This document shows positions 9,592 to 19,123 of a stretch of DNA of 64,000 nucleotides, in pieces; positions within the stretch are counted from its first letter, which is position 1, and the number at the start of each line of letters is the position of its first letter. Made by a program: the position numbers and the translations under genes. The DNA is from Myxococcota bacterium (GTDB taxonomy: Bacteria > Myxococcota > XYA12-FULL-58-9 > JABJBS01): contig JAYZAY010000001.1 in the NCBI GenBank assembly GCA_036339465.1, forward strand, positions 1 to 64,000, given 5' to 3'. The notes under the pieces are model-generated. The model was not told where the DNA came from. It searched no databases and saw only the letters and a list, made by a program, of their open reading frames with translations.

Positions 9592-11262
9592 CTAGTTTAG
9601 GTCACCAAAGAGATGTTTTCGCAAGGTTGCCTCAACTTCCGATACCACGAAGGGCTTTACCAAAAGACCGTTTGCCCCCGCATCCAGGAGTCGTTTCTTT
9701 TCGTGGCTATCTTCCAAATCGGTCACTGCTATGATTGGCGTTGGAGAGCTTAGATCGTTTTTTTCTTTCCGCCTAATCCACCGCGTTGCTTCGAAACCAT
9801 CCATGAGGGGCATATCAGAATCAACAATAACGGCATCGAAACAGTCGCTAGCGGCAAATTTATCCACCGCTTCTCGTCCGTTTCTAGCCAGGGAAACGGC
9901 ACAACCCATGCGGCTCAATATGCGACGGAGCATTTTTTGACTCATGACATCGTCTTCTGCAATCAGAACCCGAAGGCCTGTGCTTTCAGTGTCGTCTTGT
10001 GGGCCAGGGGCCGCGCTGGGCGCTACAGAAGGCTCGTCTAAAGCTTCAAGCTTAAGCTTGACCCAAAATCGGCTTCCGTGAGGCGTTCGTCTGTCAACCC
10101 CAATCTTACCACCAAGGCTATGCACCAATGATTTACTGATGGCCAACCCCAGTCCGTAACCAAGTTTTCGGGCCTCGTTGGGTTGCTCGAGCTGGGTAAA
10201 CTCCCCAAACATTTTTTCCTCTGCACCTTCTGGTAGCCCCGGTCCATCATCAAGCACCGAGATAATGAGATAGGCACTTGCGTTGAGGAGTTTACCGTCC
10301 ACCTGTAAAACCACGGTTCCTGCCTTTGTGAACTTGATCGCATTCCCCAGAAGGTTTTGAATAATTTGCCGAATCCTACGTGGATCGACCATCACTTGAG
10401 ACGGAGCAGAGTTACTGTATTCATGAAGTACGCTTACCCCTTTTTCCTCACCCAGAATCTTGTTCTGCCCAACGATGTTGGTCGTCAATTCTCTCAAATC
10501 GGTCTTGCATGGCTTTTGGGTAAGATTGTTCAACCCCTCCCGCTGCATGTCCAAAACATCGGTTGCCAATTCAAGTAGGTTCTCACAAGCGTTGGATATG
10601 CCCGCCAACCAGCTAGCCTGCGCACTGTCGAGGTGGGAATCCAACAAGAAGCCTAGATAACCTTGAATCACATGGAGGGGAGAACGAAAATCGTGGCTAA
10701 TAAACGACAAAGTCATGGCCCGTTCCTTGGTGGTCCGATTCATCACCTGAATATTATTGAGCAATTCATTATAGTTTTCCGTACTGATTGCCTTGATATT
10801 CTTTTGTTCTTCTAACTCCCCTTCCAGGGCGATCTTTGTTTTACGAAGTTCGTCAATATTTCGGACCGTCCCAAGCAGGGAGTAACACTGCTCCCAGCCG
10901 GCAAAACACGCCACGGCTCCTTGTTCACAAAAGCGCTTGATGATCGCATTTCTACCCAAGCTATCCACGGCAAAACACGGGATATCCAGTTCCGATCTCA
11001 GCTCGCCTAAGGCCAAATACTCGATTTCGCAGTCCTCACCTAGAATAAATATCATCGCGTCAGGTCGGGTTCGATGGACCACCGTCTTTGCATCTCCGAC
11101 CGTGGTCGCCTCAAAAAAGGTCCATCCTGCCCCATCGCATGCTTCGCGCAAATCGAGACGTCGCTCGACAGATTTGCTAAAAGCTAAGATTTTCAACTGG
11201 TTCACGATAAAACCTTCGAAGCAACAGTGTACGGTGCCAACTTGAGTTTGATCCGTGTGCAT
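9592..11262 (-). CDS. Hybrid sensor histidine kinase/response regulator
   Basis: H-box SHDFRSPL, NLLGNAIKFT, DDGPG, GYGLGL, C-terminal REC (AEDD, DSDMP, KPF). Degenerate REC-like N-terminus. Confidence 0.92.
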   Translation of the reverse strand: MHTDQTQVGTVHCCFEGFIVNQLKILAFSKSVERRLDLREACDGAGWTFFEATTVGDAKTVVHRTRPDAMIFILGEDCEIEYLALGELRSELDIPCFAVDSLGRNAIIKRFCEQGAVACFAGWEQCYSLLGTVRNIDELRKTKIALEGELEEQKNIKAISTENYNELLNNIQVMNRTTKERAMTLSFISHDFRSPLHVIQGYLGFLLDSHLDSAQASWLAGISNACENLLELATDVLDMQREGLNNLTQKPCKTDLRELTTNIVGQNKILGEEKGVSVLHEYSNSAPSQVMVDPRRIRQIIQNLLGNAIKFTKAGTVVLQVDGKLLNASAYLIISVLDDGPGLPEGAEEKMFGEFTQLEQPNEARKLGYGLGLAISKSLVHSLGGKIGVDRRTPHGSRFWVKLKLEALDEPSVAPSAAPGPQDDTESTGLRVLIAEDDVMSQKMLRRILSRMGCAVSLARNGREAVDKFAASDCFDAVIVDSDMPLMDGFEATRWIRRKEKNDLSSPTPIIAVTDLEDSHEKKRLLDAGANGLLVKPFVVSEVEATLRKHLFGDLN

Positions 11263-11578
11263 TTTTACTTGTGTGGGGCTCCCTAGGAGCTAATCCGCTT
11301 TAAGTACTTATAGTCACTAAACAACAGGGCAAGTCGTAATGGGATGCTCATTGCACAAAACCCAAAGATTTAGCAACCCATTCCAAGCCCTGAAATAGGC
11401 AGTAGGCCATCATATCGATTGCGTTTTATAAAACGACTCTCTTTTCGGAAAAATGGATTCTATGGAGCGATAATCTCTGCTAAACTTGGTTCCTAGGTAA
11501 GGCCGGCGCGCCGCTATGCCTAGCTCAAATAGGTTTAATCTGGGTCAACGGGGTCATTTATTTGGGGGCTTAGAAGCC

Positions 11579-12502
11579 ATGCACATTCACCATAGACACA
11601 GAAACGACGACCCGGTCGAGGGTTTTTATGACAGCCTAAGGTACGTTCCCGGACTCTTGCTGCCCACCCGTTGGCGCACTCCAGCCACAGCTTCGACACA
11701 CCGCATGCCCATCGTTGGGCCCAGGGACTGCCCCATTCATTTAGCGCACCTGAAAGAATACGAACTTATCACAGACGGGCCAAAACGTAACTTCCTCCCC
11801 CCCACCTACCTACAAGTGGTCGCCACCCCCCTGCATTTCGAACTCCTGGCTCGAAAGGATTTCCCCGTTTGTCCCCTAGGGCTGCTCCACTTATACAATG
11901 AGATAGAATTAGAACGGCCCCTGCCCATAGAACCAGGAAAACTCATGGCCCAAGCGCTACTAAGTGAGGTTCAAGCCGTTCGTTCAGGACTCCTCCTCGG
12001 CATTCAAACCCTCGTCACAGATGAAGAGGGTGCTCTGGTCTGGAAAGCACACTCCGTGGTTTTATCCCCAGAACAGGACCCATCCAACCACGCACTCCCA
12101 CTCAACAAAAGCGGTATCATCCCCCCTCTCCCAAGGCTCGACGAATCGCAGACACATCAAGTATCCACCCGTGGGTTGGATAAATCCCTTGGGCGAAACT
12201 ACGCCCGGATTACGAGGGACCCAAACCCCATTTTTCAATATACCTGGACCGCAAAACTAATGGGCCTTGAGCGGACAGTTATCCATGGAATGTGGACCCA
12301 AGCCTGGGCTCTCAATAAGCTCACGGCCAATTTATTCCGCCCCCTCACCAGCGTGAAGGCCTGGTTTACAAATCCCATCTACTTACCCTCGACTCTCTTG
12401 CTCGAAGCAGCGCCCAATAGGGACGGGACCATGAAAGCCAGGGTTATGGGCGAAGGTGACGTGGACAACCGACCCGCCATGCTCCTGGAAATCGAATCAT
12501 AA
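11579..12502 (+). CDS. MaoC/PaaZ-type double hotdog acyl dehydratase
   Basis: PPTYLQV, LGLLHLYNEI, hydratase-2-like motif YARITRDPNPIF...IHGMW. The usual His of DxNPIH is Phe here. Confidence 0.8.
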   Translation: MHIHHRHRNDDPVEGFYDSLRYVPGLLLPTRWRTPATASTHRMPIVGPRDCPIHLAHLKEYELITDGPKRNFLPPTYLQVVATPLHFELLARKDFPVCPLGLLHLYNEIELERPLPIEPGKLMAQALLSEVQAVRSGLLLGIQTLVTDEEGALVWKAHSVVLSPEQDPSNHALPLNKSGIIPPLPRLDESQTHQVSTRGLDKSLGRNYARITRDPNPIFQYTWTAKLMGLERTVIHGMWTQAWALNKLTANLFRPLTSVKAWFTNPIYLPSTLLLEAAPNRDGTMKARVMGEGDVDNRPAMLLEIES

Positions 12503-12526
12503 CTGCGCTTTACAGTACGCTTCTGG

Positions 12527-12817
12527 TCACTCTTGCCTCGATTCAAATTTTTCCAGTTGCTCGACAGTTGCTTCTTTTTGGTAGCGCTTCTTCCATTCCC
12601 CGTAGGGTATGCCATAGACCTTTTCCCGCGCTTGCTCGTTGCTAAGACCACATCCCAGCTCTTCGCTTGCTGCGGCATACCATTTTGACAAGCAGTTCCT
12701 GCAAAAGCCCGCGAGGTTCATCAAGTCGATGTTTTGAACATCCTTGCGGCTATCTAAATGCTCTAGAAGCCTGCGAAACACAGCGGCTTGGATTTGAAGT
12801 TCTTGTTGTTCGTTCAT
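12527..12817 (-). CDS. DUF1244 family protein
   Basis: AAVFRRLLEHL, DVQNIDLMNLAGFCRNCLSKW, YGIPYGEWK. GAGG RBS. Confidence 0.9.
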   Translation of the reverse strand: MNEQQELQIQAAVFRRLLEHLDSRKDVQNIDLMNLAGFCRNCLSKWYAAASEELGCGLSNEQAREKVYGIPYGEWKKRYQKEATVEQLEKFESRQE

Positions 12818-13425
12818 GCTATCCTCTTTTCACAAGCATCATCTTTTCTGGCCTCCCCAATCAAAGAGCGGCGCCATGAGCTAAGATCCGAATCCATATG
12901 GGTTTGGGTGCCCCATTGCAATCACGTCCATCCACACTTATGGCCCGGTCTGTCCCTACTTCACCGACGAACTCATCTGGTTTGGCTCTTTGTGCAAGTT
13001 CCGGCTTCTTATCCCCGTCACCTCATCAAATATCTTGCCGCGGCCCTAATCGGGGCCCCCTGTTTCTAAGAGAGCGAGCCACCGAGGTCCCGTTGCCCCT
13101 AGCCCATAACCATAAGCGCAACAAACCATTTTTAGGATTCAGGCCTACCCTCACCGAGGTCTGCGATGAAGGCACAGGGCACAAAGGCACAGGATAGCCA
13201 CCCTAGCAGCATAAGGTTAAACCCTATCACCGAATTTAAGAAGATGCAGGTAAACCCTGTGCTTTGTGACACTGCCGAGATTATAAGTTCCCCTAGAATA
13301 ACCTGGAAAGCGTGGGTTTTAGGGAGCATCCAAAAACCTAAATCCCCGGCATCAGCAGAACAAAGCCCCAAGCCGCCCACGGGTCCTTCATGGGCTGCGC
13401 CCACAGAAATGCGCCAACGCCCGGA

Positions 13426-13650
13426 CTATAAGCCCGTTCGCACCTCTTTTATTTTCGTAATAAGTCTCTGTACCTCTGACGATGGCGGCCATTGCGGTTC
13501 TTCCGGCTCCCCGTTGCGGCCCCAATGGATTGAAAATTCGTGCCCCTCAATGCAGCGATAACGGTCATCCTCCCGCCCTTCTGCGATGCGCTTGGCTCGC
13601 TCACCGCACTCAAAACAAGCGACAGAATCAGCATATTTCCCCCCAGCCAT
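13426..13650 (-). CDS. Small hypothetical protein, putative zinc ribbon
   Basis: CxxC...YRCxxGH pattern, G-rich RBS, ATG start, 74 aa. Confidence 0.55.
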   Translation of the reverse strand: MAGGKYADSVACFECGERAKRIAEGREDDRYRCIEGHEFSIHWGRNGEPEEPQWPPSSEVQRLITKIKEVRTGL

Positions 13651-13944
13651 CTCGTTGCCCCCCCCGTCTCTAGATAATTAACTATATTATATACCAGAAA
13701 ATGAACCACCGACCAACCCGCCAACCATTAGGGGCATAACCTATGGTCTCCCTCATTACTGTTTGCCACTTGGCAAATGACTCAGATCCGCCTAGAATGA
13801 GCAATGAGTTGCTTTCTACCGTCCCCCATAGGGTCGCGTTGCTTAATTGTAGACCGCGCCGACTTTTCACCTTGTTAAAAACACGTAAATCAAGTATCGG
13901 CAGGGGCCCAAGTCTACATTTATACCTAATCAAAGGGGATCCGA

Positions 13945-15558
13945 ATGTCAGTTTATAGAATCGCTTTCGTAGGGATTTTAGCTCTCTTTTTGGCCGCCTG
14001 TGGCAGCGGTGGCGATGAGCTTGCGTGTACAACCGAAAACAACTGTGTGCTTAAGGACGGCCAAGCCGAATGCCTAGATGGCTATATCTGGGCCAGTGAA
14101 GCCAACGATGACTACCGATGTATCCCCGAAGAGAAGGGTGCCTGTCTACCCACAAGCAACGACGGAAACACCACCCCCACCAACACCAACAACAACACGG
14201 TGAACGGCAATACCAACGGCAACACCACCCCCAACCCCAACTGCAGCGGAAATAGCAGCAGCGGAAATAGCAGCAGCGGAAATAGCAGCAGCGGAAATAG
14301 CAGCAGCGGAAATAGCAGCAGCGGAAATAGCAGCAGCGGAAATAGCAGCAGCGGAAATGACAGCAGCGGAAATAGCAGCAGCGGAAATAGCAGCAGCGGA
14401 AATAGCAGCAGCGGAAATAGCAGCAGCGGAAATAGCAGCAACGCGTCCTCAACCCCCGTGGCTTCCAGCGACGGCCTTCCCTTTCTTGGGGGCGCCACCC
14501 ACGACCTCTCCAATGTCGAAATCACAGTGATTGCCGACGCCACCGATGGACTCAATGGTCCCACCGACGTGAAGACCCATCCCCTTCGCGACGAACTTTG
14601 GATCACCAATCAGGCGACATCCGGCACAGAAAGTATGACCATGGTGTCCAATGCGAACTCTTTTCAGCCGAGTGCGCGAAATCAACCGATTACCGGTGGC
14701 GGCCAACATTTCTTCGCCCAGCCCTCAGCCATTTCCTTCAATCAGGATGATGGCACCTTTGCCTCCATTCACGATAGCGACATCATGACCCAGATTGGTG
14801 AACCAACCAACCCGCCCTTCATGGGTCCCACCCTCTGGCTTTCTTATGGCTACATCGCCAACAACCGGGAAGGAAGGCCCAGCAATCCCAATGCAACCTT
14901 CGATGCAGGGCATGGTAGCCACCTTGATATGCTACATGCCAGCCCTCTGGGTAAGGGTATCGCCTGGGAAAAAGACAATATTTATTGGGTGTTCGATGGT
15001 CACAACGAACGCATCGTTCGCTACAACTTTAATAAGGACCACGCCCCAGGAGGCACCTCACACACTGATGGTCAAATAGTTAGTTTCGCTATGGGACAAG
15101 CAAAAGGGGTCAATAAATTACCATCCCATGTCGTCTTCGACCACACCACCAACATCCTCTACATTGCCAATTCGGGCACCGGAAACATCGATAAGCTGGA
15201 CGTAAATGATATGAGCTTTACCCCAGGCGGCCTTTCCCAAATGGGTTTTCAGTCAGAGTTTTCCTACGATACCCAGCAGCAGGGTATTATTCCTGGGGTT
15301 GATTTGGAAACTTTCGTCGATGGCGCAAGCGTCGGCATGTCACGGCCCTCTGGGCTCGCTCTCCATGGTGGGTACCTCATCGTTTCAGACAACCAAAACG
15401 GCAAAATTTTTGCCTTTGACAAATCAAGTGGTGCCTTGCTCGACTACCTCGAAGTCGCTTCACAGATCGGTGACGTCATGGGACTCGAGGTTTCCGGCGA
15501 TGCCCTCTACGTGGTAGACCACACCGCCAACAAAGCTTTCAGGCTCACCGCCAAGTAA
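13945..15558 (+). CDS. Lipoprotein with Cys-rich N-domain, Ser/Asn/Gly linker and beta-propeller-like domain
   Basis: Lipobox LAAC, six further Cys, (SGNSS)13 linker, NHL-like blades (GLNGPTDV, LYIANSG, PSGLAL, LYVVD). Confidence 0.8.
   Translation: MSVYRIAFVGILALFLAACGSGGDELACTTENNCVLKDGQAECLDGYIWASEANDDYRCIPEEKGACLPTSNDGNTTPTNTNNNTVNGNTNGNTTPNPNCSGNSSSGNSSSGNSSSGNSSSGNSSSGNSSSGNSSSGNDSSGNSSSGNSSSGNSSSGNSSSGNSSNASSTPVASSDGLPFLGGATHDLSNVEITVIADATDGLNGPTDVKTHPLRDELWITNQATSGTESMTMVSNANSFQPSARNQPITGGGQHFFAQPSAISFNQDDGTFASIHDSDIMTQIGEPTNPPFMGPTLWLSYGYIANNREGRPSNPNATFDAGHGSHLDMLHASPLGKGIAWEKDNIYWVFDGHNERIVRYNFNKDHAPGGTSHTDGQIVSFAMGQAKGVNKLPSHVVFDHTTNILYIANSGTGNIDKLDVNDMSFTPGGLSQMGFQSEFSYDTQQQGIIPGVDLETFVDGASVGMSRPSGLALHGGYLIVSDNQNGKIFAFDKSSGALLDYLEVASQIGDVMGLEVSGDALYVVDHTANKAFRLTAK
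14245..14439 (+). repeat. Intragenic tandem repeat, 13 x 15 bp AGCGGAAATAGCAGC
   Basis: Read directly: 195 bp, 12 identical units plus one variant (AGCGGAAATGACAGC, 8th unit, at 14350). Confidence 0.97.
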
Positions 15559-15777
15559 TTCCCGAACCGGCTCCGCAGTCATCGCCAGGTGTATAAAACA
15601 CGCTTTCGGCGGCCCCACAGTCGTCCTTCCCCTAAAAGACTTTCCTTTTACCTCGGCCTAGCGATACTCAAATCCTGAGTCAGTCTGTGAATCCCCTTCA
15701 CGGCTCGTCTTGCGTTAAATAGGGGGGGGTTATTTCGCCATTTCGCAAAACACCGTGGTGTTACTCATGGAGGGCGG

Positions 15778-15796
15778 TTGACCATCCTCTGGTCAA
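15778..15796. promoter_or_regulatory. Perfect inverted repeat TTGACCA-N5-TGGTCAA (candidate operator or hairpin)
   Basis: 7-bp arms about 65 bp upstream of the TIGR00725 gene. Confidence 0.4.
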
Positions 15797-15860
15797 GCTT
15801 GCATTTGATTTCTGTCCTCTGCTATCGGATGCCCATCTCTTTCTTCAACAAAGTTTAGGT

Positions 15861-16382
15861 GTGTCTTTGAAGCCTCAGATTTCTGTTATCGGCAATAGCG
15901 ATGCCACCCCAGGGCAAATCGAGCTTGCCAGATCGACCGGCACGCTCATCGTCGATCATGGCGGGCGGATCGTGTGCGGGGGAATGGGTGGCGTCATGGA
16001 AGCTGTTTGCGAAGGCGCCCGAAGCAGTGCCCATTATTGCGCCGGAGACACCATCGGGATCTTACCCTCCTCGGACTTCGCCGCCGCCAATACTTTTGTG
16101 GACATTTGCATCCCCACTGGTATCGGATTGGCGAGAAACGCTATTGTGGCTGCAGCCGGCCATGCGGTGGTGGCCATCGGAGGAGGCGGTGGCACCCTGT
16201 CTGAAATGGCATTCGCATGGCAATTAAACCGCCCGCTCCTGGCATTGGATTGCGGTGAGGGCTGGAGTGCAAAGCTTGCCAATCAGCGCCTAGACGACAC
16301 CCACCGGCCCTCCATTCAGGGGGTTGGCTCCCCTGAAGAGCTCATTGGGTTCTTACAGGCATTGGAGATCCTTCCACCCTAA
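15861..16382 (+). CDS. TIGR00725/SLOG (LOG-like) nucleotide-binding protein
   Basis: ISVIG, CGGMGGVMEA, GILP, TGIGLARN, GGGGTLSE. Confidence 0.88.
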   Translation: MSLKPQISVIGNSDATPGQIELARSTGTLIVDHGGRIVCGGMGGVMEAVCEGARSSAHYCAGDTIGILPSSDFAAANTFVDICIPTGIGLARNAIVAAAGHAVVAIGGGGGTLSEMAFAWQLNRPLLALDCGEGWSAKLANQRLDDTHRPSIQGVGSPEELIGFLQALEILPP

Positions 16383-16479
16383 AGGAACACTCGAACCCAG
16401 CCTTACGCCCTTGAATGGAAGTGCGGAGCAGCTTAGTCTCACGTTAGGCGGTCCATCAGACCCTTGCGAGGACAACGCG

Positions 16480-16959
16480 ATGACCAACAAAGAATGCATT
16501 AAACCGGCGATTGAGGGTTGGTTCACCTTAGACGAACAAAATCCGAAATTGCTGGGATCAAAGTGTGAGAGCTGTGGAACCTTCTATTTCCCGAAACAAC
16601 TTTTCCGGTGTAAAGTGCCCACCTGTCGCAGTCCGGAATTAATAGAAGAGCAATTGTCAAGTCGGGGCACACTATGGTCTTACTCTTCAAGCCATTATCC
16701 CCCGCCCCCACCCTTTATTGCCAGCGACCCTTTCGTCCCAGTGGGCATCGCAGCAGTAGAACTCGACCAAGAAAAAATAATCATTATGGGACAGGTGGCC
16801 TCTGCATTCCCTCTGTCTAACCTAAAAGTAGGCCAATCCATGCACCTAGTCATTGAACCCCTTTATGAGCAAGACGGAGAAAACTTTTGGGTTTGGCGGT
16901 GGGCACCTTCGGATGCCCTTAATGAGGCCAGGCCCGAAGGATGGGAGGCTTCCACATGA
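16480..16959 (+). CDS. DUF35 Zn-ribbon/OB-fold thiolase partner
   Basis: GSKCESCG...FP...C, LSSRGTLWSY, AAVEL, VGQSM. ATGA coupling to the thiolase. Confidence 0.88.
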   Translation: MTNKECIKPAIEGWFTLDEQNPKLLGSKCESCGTFYFPKQLFRCKVPTCRSPELIEEQLSSRGTLWSYSSSHYPPPPPFIASDPFVPVGIAAVELDQEKIIIMGQVASAFPLSNLKVGQSMHLVIEPLYEQDGENFWVWRWAPSDALNEARPEGWEAST

Positions 16960-18143
16960 ATCCGTCTGTTGCCATTTTAGGTGTGGGAATGCACCCCTGG
17001 GGAAAATGGGGTAAGCCATTCACGGAGTACGGTATTGTCGCAGCTGAAGACGCCCTGGAGCACGCCAAACTCAATTGGTCGGATGTGGAGTTGGTTTCAG
17101 GGGCAAACACCATGCGCTGCGGTTATCCTGGGTACATCTCCGGCGCCACCTTTGCCGATGCATTAGGCTCAAGGGGAACCCGAATCGCCAGCAGTTATGC
17201 CGCCTGTGCGTCCGGAGCCATGGCCCTCCAACAGGCACGCGCCCACATCCTGGCTGGCTTTTGTGAGGTTGCTCTCGTCGTGGGAGCTGATACCGCTCCG
17301 AAGGGATTTTTTGCCCCCACCTCCGGCGACCGTCCATCGGATCCCGACTGGCTTCGTTTCCGCCTCCTCGGTGCCACAAATCCGGTTTATTTTGGGCTTT
17401 ACGCCCGCCGGCGAATGGATGTCTATGGGGCCAGTCTAGATGATTTTTCCCGCGTAAAAATCAAAAACAGTCGCCACGGCTTACACAACAAAAATGCCCG
17501 TTATCACCGGGAATACACCGAGGCCGATATGGCAAAATCCCCAGTGGTATCCGATCCACTGCGATTGCTGGATATTTGTGCCACCAGTGACGGAGCGGCC
17601 TGCGTCATCCTCAGCAGCATCCAGTATGCCAAAAAGACGAGACAAAAATTCGTGGAGTTAAGTGCAATCTCCACCATGACCCCCACATTCCCAAATCCTT
17701 TATTAGACCTCCCCAATTTCTCCAACGATTCCTGGGCCGCCTTTGACACCCCAAAGACCTCCTTTCGAAAACAAATTGCAACCCTGGCCTATGAAGAGGC
17801 GGGCATCGGCCCAAGACACCTGGATCTTGCAGAAGTGTATGACTTGTCCACGGCCTTAGAGTTGGATTGGTATGAAGAACTCGAACTTTGCCCGGAGGGA
17901 GAAGCAGAGGTCTTTCTTCGAAGCGGTGCTACCGAGATTGGTGGAAAAATTCCGGTAAACCCAAGCGGGGGTTTATCGAGTTTCGGTGAAGCTGTCCCCG
18001 CTCAAGCGTTGGCCCAGCTATGCGAATTGACCTGGCAATTAAGGGGCGAAGCAGGCCAAAGACAAGTGACCTCTGCCCGGGTAGGTCTCGCCATAAACCA
18101 GGGGCTTTTCGGACATGGCTCAGCCATGATCGCCAAGGTTTAA
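16956..18143 (+). CDS. SCP2-type thiolase / lipid-transfer protein
   Basis: GVGMHPWGKW, AACASG, CATSDGAA, AEVYD, PVNPSGGL, QLRGEAGQRQV. Confidence 0.9.
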   Translation: MNPSVAILGVGMHPWGKWGKPFTEYGIVAAEDALEHAKLNWSDVELVSGANTMRCGYPGYISGATFADALGSRGTRIASSYAACASGAMALQQARAHILAGFCEVALVVGADTAPKGFFAPTSGDRPSDPDWLRFRLLGATNPVYFGLYARRRMDVYGASLDDFSRVKIKNSRHGLHNKNARYHREYTEADMAKSPVVSDPLRLLDICATSDGAACVILSSIQYAKKTRQKFVELSAISTMTPTFPNPLLDLPNFSNDSWAAFDTPKTSFRKQIATLAYEEAGIGPRHLDLAEVYDLSTALELDWYEELELCPEGEAEVFLRSGATEIGGKIPVNPSGGLSSFGEAVPAQALAQLCELTWQLRGEAGQRQVTSARVGLAINQGLFGHGSAMIAKV

Positions 18144-18226
18144 TTAAAAGCCGGCCATTGCCTTGTGCCTACCCCCACAACTCTCTAAGAGCCACGTAGA
18201 TTTTTCCGCCAAAGGAGTGTGAGTTC

Positions 18227-18739
18227 ATGGCGCGCAAACGTATTGCTTTAATTTCCACCGGGGGAACAATCGAAAAGACCTACGATGAATTAGAAGGGAT
18301 ACTGGCCAATCGTGTGAGCGTTTTGGATGTCATGCTTGCTTCATTGGAATTACGTGGAGTGGAGATTGTCCGAGTGCCTTTGCTAAATAAAGACAGTCTC
18401 GAAATGACCAACGACGAACATGATCTCATCGCACGCACGGCACTCAATTTGGCCGAGGCTCACGATGGCATTGTGATTGTTCATGGCACAGATAAATTGC
18501 CAGAAACCGGAGAAAGGATCGAAGCACTCGCGGCCAACTTAAGAGTCCCAATCGTATTGACAGGAGCCATGCGCCCCTACCAACTTCGCCACACCGACGC
18601 CATTCAGAACTTAACTGAAGCCTTGATGGCCGTGCAAATTTTGTTGCCTGGGGTCTATGCATCCATGCACAACCGTATCCTTCGGTTTCCCGGCGTCATA
18701 AAGGACCGCTCAGAGGGAACATTTGTAGGGCCTCGCTAA
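18227..18739 (+). CDS. Short asparaginase-domain protein
   Basis: STGGTI and HGTD motifs, KDSLEM, VLTGAMRP. N-terminal domain only, 170 aa. Confidence 0.85.
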   Translation: MARKRIALISTGGTIEKTYDELEGILANRVSVLDVMLASLELRGVEIVRVPLLNKDSLEMTNDEHDLIARTALNLAEAHDGIVIVHGTDKLPETGERIEALAANLRVPIVLTGAMRPYQLRHTDAIQNLTEALMAVQILLPGVYASMHNRILRFPGVIKDRSEGTFVGPR

Positions 18740-19123
18740 CCTTGCCACGCCAAGTAAGTCTTAGGGGTTCTTGTTCTCCCCACCTCTCCATCCTTAAGGG
18801 TATTGGATTTTAATCCCAAGCTCTGACGGCGCAAAAAGACCTCAGAAGAGAGGTGATACAGAGACGAAATCCAGGGCCATATTCATCCCCCCATGGCCGA
18901 TACCTCAGGCGACGGGTGCTCGGGTTCCATGATCTACAGTCGTATTTCCGAAAAAATCACCACCTCCGACCGCTTCGAAACTCCTACCCAGAACGCGCCA
19001 TAAGCCCGTTCAACAAGCGGATACACATTTTTCTCAGTGGGTTTCGGCAATTGCCTTGCCCGACCTTAACTGCTACCGAAGTCGCCGCTGCCGGTGGGCA
19101 TACAAACTAAAAGGATACGAAAC

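Noticed and set aside
12818..13425. 600-bp gap with short hydrophobic ORFs, possibly a pseudogene
   Set aside because: No family motif could be reconstructed by eye; blastx would be needed.
14245..14439. Possible CRISPR array
   Set aside because: Head-to-tail repeats with no spacers, in frame within a CDS, and no cas genes.
14051..14609. Minus-strand ORFs with (CCYFR)n and (LLLFP)n repeats
   Set aside because: Antisense shadows of the 15-bp repeat inside the lipoprotein gene.
18853..19110. 85-aa ORF upstream of betB (possible betI remnant)
   Set aside because: No TetR-type HTH similarity visible.
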